From the NCBI RefSeq assembly GCF_006345805.1, contig NC_043002.1, positions 100,936,001-101,000,000 on the forward strand: a DNA stretch of 64,000 nucleotides, written 5' to 3'. This DNA comes from Octopus sinensis. Its lineage: Eukaryota. The notes under the pieces are model-generated. The model searched no databases and was not told where the DNA came from. It was given only the letters and a program-made list of their open reading frames with translations. Made by a program: the position numbers and the translations under genes. Shown here piece by piece: positions 25,418 through 38,682 of this stretch (position 1 is the first letter of the stretch; each line of letters begins with the position of its first letter).

Positions 25418-25990
25418 TGTTTGACTTTTGTTTTGTATGTGTACATGTTGACTTCAAGTCTCACCCAGAGACCTCAAGAAACAACAAGTTAGATGTTCAT
25501 GTTGATGTTATGAAAAGGGTGTCATATATTTGGTTTTGGACATATATTGTTCTAGAGAATGTTTAAGGAAACAAAGAAAAATTATGAGTTTGTTTTAGAA
25601 TTTGAGATTACATAGACTGCATTTTACGTAGGATATGGTCAGTTCAAATGAGCACTATCTTTTGAATCTCTGCCATTTTGGGGTTTCCTGGTTTCTGAGA
25701 TAGTTGGTAATCAGCCCCTTTTGCTATCATTCCTCGGGCACCTATGACAACAGCTATTGTTTTAGTCCTGAGGTTCCACATTTTGCCAATTTCTATTTTA
25801 AGATCTTTATACTTGCTCAGTTTTTCGCAGGTTTTGACAGATATATTTATGTCGATTGGGACAGTCATACTCAGTTTGCAAATGACAAGCAAATTTGTGG
25901 TACTAAGCAGAGTATTTGCTGTAGCTCATCTTTTATACCACGACAAAATAATGAAAAAGACAACACTTCCAATCAGTTAAGATGAAAGCC
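25418..25990 (-). mobile_element. Dong subfamily B copy B0, older 3' fragment
   Basis: KTCEKLSKYKDLKIEIGKMW..VVIGARG; 3' UTR homologous to B1 and B2; degenerate ATT run at 25391-25417. Confidence 0.85.
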
Positions 25991-26052
25991 ATGAAAGCTA
26001 TGAAAGCTATTACCCGGTAATGCATCAGATTATTATTATTATTATTATTATG

Positions 26053-26091
<39 letters not shown>

Positions 26092-26092
<1 letters not shown>

Positions 26093-29000
26093 TATGTTTG
26101 ACTTTTGCTTTATATTTGTACAAGTTGGCTCCAAGTCTCACCCAAAGACCTCAAGAGACAACAGGTTGGAAGTTCATGTTGTTGTTATGCCTAGTGTGCC
26201 ATATATTTGGGGGAGGGGTGTTGTACTAATGAATGTCGAAAAAAGTTTTTTTTTAACCGAAAATTATGTTTGTTTTAAACCTTGAGATTACATAGAAAGT
26301 ATTTTGCGTAGGATATGAGCAGTTCCCATGAGCACTATCTTCTGAATTTCTGCCATTTTGGGGTTTCCTGGTATCTGAGTTAGGTAGCTATCAGCCCCTT
26401 TTGCTATCATTCCCAGGGCACCTATGACAACAGGTATTGTTTTAGTCTTCAGGTTCCATATTTTGCTGATTTCTATTTCAAGATCTTTATATTTGCTCAG
26501 TTTTTGGTAGGTCTTGACAGATACGTTTATATCGATTGGGACAGTCATATCAATGAGGAGGCATGTTCTTTGTTTGAAGTCTTTCAATATGATGTCTGGC
26601 ATATTTGCATCTATCTTTCTGTCAGTTTGAATGGTGAAGTTCCAGAGGAGTGAGGTGTGGTCATTTTCAAGCACTGGGGGTGGTTTGTGTTCCCACCAAT
26701 TTTTTTCGTGGGGCAAATCCAGGTTTTTGCAGATTACCCAGTGAATATATTGTGCAGCTCTATCGTGCCTGTTGAGATACTCTGTAGGCACTAGAAGACT
26801 GCACTTGGAGACCACACGATCAATGGTTTCATTTTGTTGCTGGCATACACGACACGTTGGACAGCTTCTGATCTTTAATATGTGGGCCTGGTGGTTTCTT
26901 GTTGGTAGGCATTGATCTTGAGCTGCTATGATAAACCCCTCTGTTTCAGATTTTAAGCCAGAGGCCATTAGCCATTGATGGGTCAGGGCTTTGTCAACAT
27001 CTGCATTATTTGCTCTCTTTGGGTATTTGCCATAGAGAGGTTTTTCTTGCCATTTATCATTCAGAATATCTAAGGCCGCAGATTTAGCACGGGTTTTCAT
27101 GCGCTTAGATTTTTCTGTGCCTGTTTCTTGTATGTCTATCTCTAATTGAGGCCAAATTGCATTCTGATGTCATCACTGAATTGTTTGACAATCGCTAGTA
27201 AGCCCTTGAGTTGTTGGTCATTTTTTGCAAAGAGTTTTAAATCATCCATGTAAATGAGATGATTTATATTTTTATCCAACATTTTATATTCGTATTGCGC
27301 GTTATTGAGCAATTTTGAGAGAGGTATTAAGGCTAAACAAAAGAGGAGTGGTGATAGTGAGTCACCCTGGAAAATGCCACATGAAATTTTTACGTCACCA
27401 GCATTTAGAGATTCATCGTCACTGTTCAAAGATTGTGTGGTTCTCCATGATCTCATACTTACGGACAAAATGTTTCACAGAGCAGGCGCTATTTTGTACA
27501 TTTCCAGGCATTTCTTTATCCAGCTATGTGGTAGGCTATCAAAAGACTTTTTATAGTCTATCCAGGCTATTGACAAGTTTTTGTGTCGTTTGTGACAATC
27601 TTCTAAGATCATCTTATTGATGAGTAGTTGATCTTTACAACCATAGGATCCACGTTTACATCCTTTCTGTTCATTAGGGAATATGCTGCTGTCTGTTAAA
27701 AAACTATAGGTATATTCCGTCAGGGCAGATGTTAGCGTTTTATACATAGTTGTTAAGCAAGTTATGGGTCTATAGGTTTTTGGTTCATTTCTTTCTTCAC
27801 TTTTTGGGAGCAAGAATGTTAACCCATTAACTAGCCAAGGAGGCATCCTACTAGGGTGTTGCACAACATCATTGTGATGTTCTGTTAGCAATTCATAGCT
27901 CTTTGGGAAGGCATTCAACCAGAAGTTAGGAACTTTATCCTTTTCTGGAGACTTCCATTTGCTTGACCTCCTGAGAGCAGATCTTACATCTACCTTGACA
28001 CCCTCCCACTTTTGCTCCTCTAAGGAGTACAAGTCCGTAGCTATTCTGTCAATCCAAGGGACCTTTTCGTTGTGTGTTTTTTCTTCTGCCCAAATTTTAT
28101 TCCAAAATCCCGGCATTTCTTCCTTTGATGGTACAGACATTACAGTAACTGGTGTTTTCCCTATCTTCCTGTAAAATATTTGGGGTTATTTTTGAACATG
28201 TTGTAGTCCTTGAAGAATCTAACACGCTTTTCATACCTCGCTATGTGGGCAGCTTTAGCAGATACCTTTTGCTTGATGGTTTCTATCGTGGCATCAATAT
28301 CAAGTATAGTTTTCATATATTTTGTCTTCAATTTTCGGGTTTTTGTAGGTTTGGTAGTCTTGTCAACCTTAAGGTTTTTCAAACATTCAATGTCATACCT
28401 AAGTAGTTTAATTTGATGTTGGATACGCTCTAGCCAAGAAGGCTTTTTGTGGGAATGTTGCCGTTTTCTAATTTTTTCACCTCATAGGATCGTTGATATT
28501 TTCACGGATGCATAGTACAAGTGGTTGAGATCTGTGATAGTAACATCATTAGCTGAAATTATATCCTTAAGTGCAAGGCGGATTTTACCAATTATTTTCA
28601 TGTTTTGGTTAGAGTTGCGGATTCTGGAGAGTGTATCGCGTTCATCCATATTGGTTTCTTTAAGTTTCAGCCATTCAATCAGGATTTCATTCTTTAGTTC
28701 ACGTAGTTCAGTTGGGTTAATATTTGTGTGACTTTCTTCTATTTGATGTTCATTTGTCTTAGTGTTAATGATTGGTTCAGTGAATATTTCACTTTACCTA
28801 TCAGTTATACTAGCTCTTTCAATCCTTACTGCGTTTTTATCAGCCCTGGGCTGGTCTATAATTATTTCCTTTGTATTATCTTTAACTGCGGCTTCGTTGT
28901 TTTTATCCGTTACTGCTTGTTTGATTTGATCAATCTCTACTTCAGTCAGTAATTTTTTTATAATGTTTCTTCTGACGTTGACAAGTTTGTTACTGCTTAT

Positions 29001-30318
29001 GTAGGGTCTTACTTCAGGGTGTTTCTGTCTCCAGTTTATGTAGGCTTGTATAGTGTTAGATTTATCTGTGGGGAAATATATGGCATGGTAGAAGGCCGTA
29101 AGAACTTCCTTATTATCTTCCCTAGTCCATTTTTCATTATTTTTCTTTTGGCTATTTGATGACGGGCATGGATGGCTATCTGATGGAATATTCCGGTTTT
29201 GGGGTACGACCAGCTCCTGTGTGTCGGGAAGATTTGAACCAGTGGCTGATTTTTTCAATCAGAATTTGGTTCAATGTTCGGGTTTGTGGTCTTTTGTAAA
29301 CCGATCGATGGCGATTGCGGTTTGTAATTTGTTTTGTTGACATTGAAGCATGACGAGCTTCGGCACTTAGATTAGGAGTCGGATCTGTCAGTTTAGGGTT
29401 AAGTTTTTGCGACGATACCGCCTCTGAATGTAAACATCGCTCGTAACGTAATTTCTTAAAGCTAGCAGATCTGTATTCGTCTGTATTATTTCTGTTGATA
29501 GATTTACCTTCGGACATAGTATTTTTGTGGTGTTTTTTAAACTTATGAAGGGTTCACTCTGTCTGTGTTAGTTCGAGAAAATGATAGTAAAATAAGAAGA
29601 AAACAAAAAGATCTGTCGGTTAAGGGTTAAGTTTATGCAGCGACACCGCCTCTGAATGTAAATATCACCCATAGCGTAATTTCTTAAGGCTAGCAGATCT
29701 GTATTCGTCTGTAATTTTTTATATTTATAATTTTGTTGTTTGTAGATTTACCTCCGGACAGAGTTTTTTTGGTTTTGTGGTGCTTTTTACCCTTATTAAA
29801 GGTTCACTCTGTCTGTGGTAGTTCTAAAATATGAGAATAAAATAAGAAGAAAAACAAAGAAGGTTTTGATTTTGTTTTTGCTTGGTTTGTGACAAGTATT
29901 TTCATGTGCGTGAGTGTGTGTGTCCAGTAAATTTCACTTAGTGTGTTCAACTTTGGGATGTATGTGTAGTCCTATGGGTACCAAAGTGCGTATATGATTG
30001 TGTAGACATTCGAGTGTATGCGTAATTACTCAATTTATGAACTCACTATTTTTTTTTATTTTGGTCCGTTTCTATTTTATTCTATGTAAACTTCCCGGTG
30101 TTGATATCGCGCGTGTGTTTCGCACATGTTTCATTGAGACACCGTGTGTAGGAGAAGCTGTACTTTGTTTGGCAGTAAAATTTCGTTTTTTTCCTTAGTG
30201 TCTTCGTTTAAAGGTCGCTTCCTTCAAGTTTTCCTCAGGTTCATTTATCTAATTCTATCGATGTTATTGGATTAGATCTGTTTTTGAATGGAGAGCCCGC
30301 TTTAGTACATCCATCTTG
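26092..30318 (-). mobile_element. Dong subfamily B copy B1, near full length with an internal deletion
   Basis: N-terminal Myb-like KWTREDNKEV; RT (YRPITCL, EQKGC, WIDYKKSFDS, GIFQGDSLSP, YMDDLKLF); CCHC; RHD; PDI..D..K endonuclease; (ATT)n on both sides (26029-26091, 30319-30401). Confidence 0.93.
29382..29859 (-). repeat. Two tandem units (228 and 250 bp) in the 5' region of Dong B1
   Basis: Units start gatctgtc at 29382 and 29610 and share ccgcctctgaatgtaaa, gctagcagatctgtattcgtctgta and ggttcactctgtctgtg. Confidence 0.9.
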
Positions 30319-30336
30319 TTATTATTATTATTATTA

Positions 30337-30401
<65 letters not shown>

Positions 30402-30402
<1 letters not shown>

Positions 30403-31537
30403 TATGTTTGACTTTTGCTTTATGTCTGTACAAGTTGGCTCCAAGTCTCACCCAGAGACCTCAAGAGACAACAGGTTGGAAGTTCACGTTGTTGTTATGC
30501 CTAGTGTGCCATATATTTGTTTTTTTTTGGTGTTGTACTAGTGAATGTCTAATACATAAAAAAAAGAAGTTTGTTTTAAACCTTGGGATTACATACACGA
30601 CATGTTGGGCTACTGCCGTTCTTTAATATGTTGGCCTGGTAGTTTCTTGTTGGTAGGCATTGATCTTGAGCTGCTATGATAAACCCTTCTGTTTCAGATT
30701 TTAAGCCAGAGGCCATTAGCCATTGATGGGTCAGGGCTTTGTCAATATCTGCATTATTCGCTCTCTTTGGGTATTTGCCATAGAGAAGTTTTTCTTGCCA
30801 TTTATTATTCAGAATATCTAAGGCCGCAGTTTTGGCACGGGTTTTCATGCGCATAGCTTTTTCTGTGCTTGTTTCTTGTATGTCTATCTCTAATTCCGAA
30901 ATTGGTTGTATTCGGAATTCACTTAGTTATTCCTTTGCCTGTTTTGTTACTGAGTATGATGCTTTCTTGTTTTCATGTTTTGAGACAAGTTTTAACATCC
31001 AGTCCTCAGACTTTTTCAGGTAGGTGTCTAGGCCAATTGTAGCAATCTTCGTTGTTATTGCCAGTTTCAAAAGACCACGGCCTCCCTCTTTTCTTGGCAG
31101 ATAAAGTCGTTCTGTATCTGCTTTAGGGTGGTGCATTCTATGCATTGTCAACAGTTTTCTTATTTTACTGTCGAGCTGACATATTTCAGTAATTGACCAG
31201 TTAACGATATTGAAACTGTAAGTCACGACTGGTATGGCTAATGCATTGATCGCTTCGATCCTGTTTCTTGCATTCAGCTCTGTCTGAGTATTACTCTTAC
31301 TCTGCGATAGCATTCTCTCCTGATCCTTTCCTTCATCTCTGAATGCCTTATTCCGTTCCCTTCACTTGTAGGCACTTGTAGCTCTCCGCTGGGTCTAGTT
31401 CTTTTATGACATTCTGCTGGTCAAAGTTAACGTTAGATGTTTCTGTCATTTTTTCTTTTGCACATTTATCGAGGCCGAATTGCATTCTGATGTCGTCACT
31501 GAATTGTTTGACTATCGCTAGTAAGCCCTTGAGTTGT
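30402..31537 (-). mobile_element. Dong subfamily B copy B2, 5'-truncated and internally deleted
   Basis: Same 3' UTR as B1; RLYLPRKEGGRGL; followed by (ATT)n 31537-31661. Confidence 0.92.
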
Positions 31538-31557
31538 TATTATTATTATTGTTATTA

Positions 31558-31594
<37 letters not shown>

Positions 31595-31625
31595 GATTAT
31601 TATTATTATTATTATTATTATTATG

Positions 31626-31662
<37 letters not shown>

Positions 31663-32053
31663 GCTTTCTTCTTCTTCTTATTATTATTTTTTAGCAAACA
31701 ACGCCTATACTGAAACCTGAAATCCAGTTTTTCTTATACGTTATGCGATATATCAGTTCACACCAAAACCTTTTGGTTTTCCCAAACCACGCCTTTGATT
31801 AGGAAAAACCGTTGTAGAAGCACGTACCTGTTCGTTGAATTGGTTTCAATATATTCTTCACACGTATTTGTTTTATGGAGGCAGAACTGAGAAAAGAGGT
31901 AAACGATATATGAATTAGAAGGAAGCCAAAATTATGATCTCGCTTGATATTATTGGAACCATCTTTACCTATGCTAACTTATAATAAATCTGTCTTGTAA
32001 AATATCTAATATTCGTTAGTGGAAACTATTACAATGTATGTATTTTTCTTTAG

Positions 32054-32194
32054 ATTGTCTGGGAGGATGTATCGACGACATTTATTTTTGCCGCGATTTT
32101 AAAGAAGAATGGTTGGAAAAGAAATCCAATATGTGTACCAAGAAAATATGCGACAAGTTTGATGGTGAACTGAAAATAAAGGTAAAAGGGTTCT
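32054..32194 (+). CDS. Coding exon 2 of the Cys-rich protein: (D)CLGGCIDDIYFCRDFKEEWLEKKSNMCTKKICDKFDGELKIKVKGF
   Basis: Acceptor tatttttctttAG (32052-53), donor T|GTAAGT at 32195, 141 nt, symmetric phase 1-1, open frame, Cys/Trp pattern repeated in the next exon. Confidence 0.85.
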
Positions 32195-32486
32195 GTAAGT
32201 CGACAAAAAAACAATTTCCTTTCTTCCCTTCACTGCGTGTTTAATGTATCAAAATCCCAACGAAGGTTTATATTAGCTTCGTTTTGAATGCGATATACGT
32301 TGTTCGGTAACTGTTAATTACTGTCCTTCTGCCAGCATTAATTGTGAATTTAATGGACCCTAGCTCCCACACGGTTATACCAACATCAGTAAACGACAGA
32401 TTCTTAGGTGATTGAACTTAAGTGACGAAATGTAACGTAATATAAACCAACAAAGTAGGGCTAGATGTGAGTGCGTAAAGAAATGT

Positions 32487-32873
32487 GGAATGAAAGCACT
32501 CCGTCGGTTACGACGACTAGGGTTCCGGTTGATCCGATCAACGGAACAGCCTGCTCGTAAAATTAACGTGTAAGTGGCTGAGCACTCCACAGACACGTGT
32601 ACCCTTAACGTAGTTCTCAGGGATATTCAGCGTGACACAGAGAGTGACAAGGCCGGCCCTTTGAAATACAGGTACAACAGAAACAGGAATTAAGAGTGAG
32701 AGAAAGTTGTGGTGAAAGAGTACAGCAAGGATCACCACCATCCCTGCCGGAGCCTCGTGAAGCTTTAGTTGTTTTCGCTCAATAAACACTCACAACGCCC
32801 GGTCTGGGAATCGAAACCACGATCCTACGACCGCGAGTCCGCTGCCCTAACCACTGGGCCATTGCGCCTCCAC
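32487..32873 (-). mobile_element. Full-length tRNA-derived SINE (same family as 12638-13020)
   Basis: Near-identical body; TSD cgtaaagaaatgt at 32474-86 and 32875-87. Confidence 0.9.
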
Positions 32874-32929
32874 ACGTAAAGAAATGTATCTAAATGACGC
32901 AAAGCATTTTGGAAGGCGCACTAACTTTT

Positions 32930-33075
32930 CTGGTGGGCTTAGCGGCATTTCTCCCGGATCCTGAACTTATATACCGCTAAGTTCAACTTTAACTTTTACT
33001 CCGTCAAGGTCGAAAATTGAGGTACTAGTTAAATACTGCAATCGCTGAAATTTACTGGTTGCATCCCCTCAAAAA
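32930..33075 (+). mobile_element. Old SINE fragment (8004 family)
   Basis: gcttagcggcatttc..gttcaa..ggtcgaaaa..aggtactagtt.aatactg. Confidence 0.5.
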
Positions 33076-33322
33076 TTGCTCGAATGAAAACCTGTAACGG
33101 ATATATCGCCCTTTCACGGTGATCTTGGTAATTTAAATGCCATGGAAACTGGGTAACCGGTGTTATGAATCCTTAGGCTAAAGACAAATAGAATAAATGT
33201 TTCTTATATTTCAATGCTTATCTTGAATTATAAGTTACCTGCCTAGAATGTTTGAAAGAATGAGCTTTTTTGAGAATTTTAAATCTATATTTTTATCTGT
33301 AGGTATCATCAGTTGACATCAG

Positions 33323-34575
33323 CACGAGGTTCCGCTCAAAAGGTCGTAGGCTTACTAAGATATATCCTCCTGGAATGTGAACAAATGAAGTTGGTTTCCC
33401 AGCATAGTTCCCCTTTCCATCAACACACTTATTCCATCGCTGCTGCAGTCATTGGATCCCATTGCTGAAAAAGCTTTTAGTCTTTTGGTCCAAAAGCCAT
33501 CAACAACATACATGATAGCACTTATCTACACAGCGACATGTTTTTACTTCATGTTCGAGAAGAGGTGAAAGTCGGATGGGGCGAAAATGGGGGAATAGAG
33601 AGGATGATCAACCAGTTCAAGGCCACATTCACAAGAGCCATTAAATGCTATGACTTGTGTGTTGGAGCAATATCCTGATGAATCATGTCCACTTTCTTCA
33701 ACTTTCTTTGGGCTGAAGTCTTGATAGCCTTTCGTAACCATCTCAACAAGTTGGCCTAGTACTTTCCATCAATGTTGCGTCCCTTTTGATGATAATCAAT
33801 AAAATTCTTGACATTTGCATTCCCAAATTTGAAGATTTCTCCTCCCTTGCAGATGAAAAAACGTTGTCATATTTGGAGTAGGCAATGTTGGGTGTCTCCA
33901 CAAAGCGGATTTTTTGTTTTTGCCTCATGCATTGTCTCATTATCTCTCCAAGTACTGAACCCAATACTACTCCTTGGTCAGGAAACGTTCAAAGAAACCA
34001 GCTGGGTGCGCCTCTAATAATGTCATATTTTCCTGTGATGATATGAGCCGGACCGACCAGATATCTTTGTTCCTGCAAAGTCCATCATGCAGAATATGCT
34101 CAAATCTCTCATGGTGAATGCGAATAGCATTGTTTATTTGAGTTATAGTCATTTGGCATTTAACCATCAGCATGTGGTGGACACAATCAATGTTTTCCTC
34201 AGTAATGGCAGCTGCAGGATCATCTTTACTGTTCTCTGTTACCCTCCTAAGTTCAGCTCACCACTTTTGTACTGTAAGTTGATAAAACATGGATGGTTAT
34301 CCACTAATGTAAGAATTGCTGGATTACCATGGAGGCTAAACCTTTTCTTCTGCAAGAACTTGATACTAGATTTTATCCATGTTCAAAGGAAGTCTCGACT
34401 TGTGAAAGTCTTCTTTGAATAGTCAGATTAGAGTCGACTTGAACGCCAAAGAAACAACAAAACAAACAGTTCACTCATTATTATGAAAAGTTGAAGTGGA
34501 TGCATGCAAAACTTCATAGCTCCAGGATCACTTATGAACAGGATCAGCCTATGAACATTTCAGCTTACGCGTGTA
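33323..34575 (-). mobile_element. Full-length decayed mariner with both TIRs
   Basis: HPLYSPIFAPSDFHLF (YSPDLAP motif); degenerate TIRs cacgagg..ctcaaaaggtcgtaggct and agcctatgaacatttcagc..cgcgtg; about 1.25 kb. Confidence 0.85.
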
Positions 34576-34778
34576 TGTGTACGCATCTCGAACATCAATG
34601 TTTGTTTACATAGCTGAAATTAATTGCACAAATGAGAACTAAAATTAGTCATTTAAAACATTAAATCCCTGATTTAATCTCAGAACTATCACCTCAATTC
34701 ATGCATACATACATACATACATACATACATACATACATACATACATACATACATACATACATGTATATATAGCAAAAA

Positions 34779-34816
34779 CTGTCCGACGAACGGGAACGTG
34801 AAACTCAGAGTAACAG
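34779..34816 (+). ncRNA. Minimal type I hammerhead motif H3 (same repeat family as H2; U4 to C)
   Basis: ctgt CCGACGA acg ggaa cgt GAAA ctcagag TA acag; all stems pair but the core has a substitution. Confidence 0.5.
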
Positions 34817-34906
34817 GTTTTGTTGGATTTTCTGCTGCTTTAAATAAAGTATATACATATATATTAATTGTGTATTATATACACAAGTATATTAAATATA
34901 TATATG

Positions 34907-34939
<33 letters not shown>

Positions 34940-35385
34940 GCATGTGAGTATGTGTGTGTATACATATATGTGTATGTGTAGATATGTATATGCATGTGTA
35001 TGTGTAAGTGTATATATATGTATATATATGTGTGTGTATGTATGTGTGTATGTATATGTATATATGTTTGTATGTGTGTGTATGTATGTATACATGTGTG
35101 CATAGGTATAAGTGAGAATCTCCTTATTTACCTAAAACTCTATCCCCCCTTTTTTTATATATAGGTTTTTTTGTTTTTTTTTATATATATAGGTTTTTTT
35201 ATTTTATTTTTTTATTTTTTATTTTTTTATTTTTTTATTTATTCTTCTATCTAATTTAACACTGACTCCTTGACCACTCCCCCAAGTATGATATTTTGTG
35301 CTATGCCTACCCCCAAAAAAGTCCCCCACCAACACCCCGTTAAACCTGCCTAAATGTATAAATGCCAATACAATTCTTGTTAACT

Positions 35386-35436
35386 AGCTTCCTGAAGATT
35401 TCTCTTGAATGAAACAGTTCTAGTCCTGTAGAAGCT
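35386..35436 (+). ncRNA. Type I hammerhead ribozyme motif H4
   Basis: agcttc CTGAAGA tttc tctt gaat GAAA cag ttctagtc ctg TA gaagct: 6-bp stem I, intact core, 3-bp stem II with a basal T-T, 4-bp stem III, GTA triplet. Confidence 0.75.
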
Positions 35437-35519
35437 CCTTCTATATAATAAATTAATTTTACTCTGCTATGTATTGAGTACCTTATTTACTGTGGTTAAC
35501 CCCGAATCAACCCGGGACC

Positions 35520-35589
<70 letters not shown>

Positions 35590-35601
35590 TATCTATGTAT
35601 G

Positions 35602-35639
<38 letters not shown>

Positions 35640-36094
35640 TAAAAATGGTAAAACAACAAAAGAAAGAGACCTCGATATTATGTAAATAGAGGAATTTATG
35701 TATAAATGTATCATGGCTACCGAGTAATTGTCACATATTACATTTCCAGATATATATATATATATATGAATTAGATATTAAATTTAATTTCGTACAACGA
35801 TCATTCCGACCCGTCCAGCTATTGTGTTTCATTGACTTTGAAGTCTGGATCTTATGAGGTATATTGATAAAGTTGTGATTCACTAAAGATCTTCAGTGTT
35901 GACTTATAAGATCTTCAATGTTATATATCCTTCTTATTATTTTATTCATTCCCTAATCAAGTAGATCCAGTATAAGTATGCCATGTCTGTGGATGACGAC
36001 AGATATACTAAACTGTGCAGGCGCTCTACCTAACATTTAAACACACTAATCGATTATATCTAATAGATTATATCTATACGTCCGAAACATTTAG

Positions 36095-36145
<51 letters not shown>

Positions 36146-36265
36146 GTGTTAGTTTAACGCTCCGGAAGTGAGAAAGTCTTTTACGTTTCGCGCCCACGCT
36201 CTTCGACAGAGAGGAACACAGAAATAAACAGGGAGAGAAAGTAGCAAAAGGTTTAGTGGCTAGCG

Positions 36266-36272
36266 ATATATC

Positions 36273-36357
<85 letters not shown>

Positions 36358-36387
36358 TGTGTGTGTATGTGTGTGTGTGTAGATAGT

Positions 36388-36445
<58 letters not shown>
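36266..36445. repeat. Compound (AT)n/(GT)n/(TAGA)n microsatellite
   Basis: Directly visible. Confidence 0.95.
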
Positions 36446-36446
<1 letters not shown>

Positions 36447-38111
36447 CTTGATTGATAGAAATAAGTTGAGGCAATCATTCAAGAAGAGATCAAGGATTAG
36501 TTACAATTGTTTCTGCACCAAATCTCCTTGCGACTCCAGTTACCGCAATAATCGAAATGAAGATATACGCAGTAGTTGCGCTTTTAGACATTAGTGTGGC
36601 ACCTCACAAGTCTTGCATCAAAGATGCGCCCTTACATTGCATGTCTCCACATCATATTATTTATTAATTTATATATTTTTGTTCATATTGAGAAAAAGTA
36701 AAAAAAGTATTCTTAGAACGGTCAGTCAGTACAACATCGTTACCGGTACCCAATAACATTATAACATTTCATGGGTGTATAATTATTTTAATTTACCTGA
36801 AGAGATAACGTTAGGCAGACACAAGGAAAGGCAGACGAGATTGATAACAAATACAAATAATTATAATGAGATGATATTTAGAATAACTAAAATTATAGGA
36901 ATAGTGACATATGTGTTGAGAGGGGATGATGTTGTTAGTAGGAGAATGTCATAAGCCATATGTTAGCAAGTAGACTTAGAATGTGATATGGTGAGACATA
37001 AAACTGAAAATGAAATGAAAAAGAAAGAAGGAAGCTAATGGGATGCGTATGCCTGAAGAGATTAAGCCCTAAAGATAAGTGAATTGATGTGAAATGAAAT
37101 AGAGAAATAAAGAAAATATAGGAAAAATAAATTCCCTATAAAATAAAGAAGAAACACAAACGGGAGTAAAATACATAAAGTGTTATGATTAGGAATTAAG
37201 AAAAGGAGATTATAATTAATAGAAGTAAAATGTTATATAAGTTATGCAGTGAGTTTTTAATACTTTATAAGTGGAGGAGTCGATAGAACGTAGAAAGTGA
37301 ATAATGATAGTTAGATATGAATAGGTGTATAAAAACCCTATAAAGGACACTGTAGAAAGACAAAAATTTCATAAAGTATACTAAATTTTTAATTAGTGAG
37401 AAAAAATACAAGTAAAATATCTATTAAAATTATGAATTATTAAAATATAATCTATAAAAAATATACTAAGAAATGGATAGTACGTTTAACCATTTAAAGA
37501 ATAAATGTTTAGAATCATCAGAATTTAATATACCATATAAATGATGCAATAAAATACTAATTTTCTTTTACTAAATTAAAGTGATCAGAGGTACTTTAAT
37601 TGCATAAGGTAGAAACACCATGAGATATTGATGTCAGTTTATAGTGTTCGGGTAAAATGTAGGTTTGAGTAACATATTATATAAAGATTATAATCTCAAA
37701 GATTAGAAATTCAGCGAATGGCAGAGTGAACAAATAAGTAAAGAAATAATTATAGAAATAAAAGAATTAAAATTCAAATAATTAACATATTTATATAATG
37801 ATGAAAATTTAGGATCAGCAGTTAAACTATAATATTAGTGATTTAATATGATTCTGTTATTCATAAATGGACTTTAAGAAATGTTAACTGAAAGTGCGGA
37901 GTATGGAATATAGAACAAATAGTATAGGTAAAGTCTTATACATGCGTGTACCCAGCCCGATGCATGTAGGCCCCACTCTCGTAGACATGCACATATATAG
38001 ACGTTCACAGACACACATTCATACATACAAAAGCATGACATACATACCCATACACACACCACGTACATACATATTCATATACACATGCATCTAAACACAC
38101 ACATACATACA

Positions 38112-38145
<34 letters not shown>

Positions 38146-38682
38146 GATATACACAAACATGTATATATGTACACACAGATACATACACACATGTTTATAT
38201 AAGTATATGCAGATATACACAAATAGGTGCATATGTACAAACACATGCATACATACAAAAACGCATGTATATATACACACACACATGAGCACATCCTCAT
38301 TTACACATAAGTACTTACATACATACACATAGCAGAATACAAATATATTTAGACATTTATATGTATAAATATTCGTATAGTATCAATAATACAGTGATTG
38401 TTTCTTATTAGGAATAAAATGTTTAATAGGACTGCTATAGAAGTGCTCAATTGAATGAGACAAATATATCAAACTAAGGTTACAGAACAAACAAACAAAT
38501 GCAGGGTCATCCACATAACATTTCATATCTCGAACATTTAATCATAGAATATACATTTATGATATCACAGAAGATGAAACATACCTCATCTGTACAAGCA
38601 TATCAGAAAGTGCGTATATGTATATATACAGTCATACATTTGCTTCCCTCATACAACCACATGTATATATATATATATATAT

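Noticed and set aside
32182-32187. Alternative donor AG|GTAAAA for coding exon 2
   Set aside because: Gives phase 0, incompatible with the phase 1 start of the 40294 exon; the GTAAGT at 32195 is a better match and keeps the frame.
36175-36215. Minus-strand TCGAAGA-gcg-tggg-cgc-GAAA-cg-TA motif (related motif near 52770-52800)
   Set aside because: Core lacks C3-U4 and stem I does not pair.
36700-37900. Very AT-rich stretch with faint PLE RT-like words (VYKNP, LRNG)
   Set aside because: Too decayed to call with confidence.
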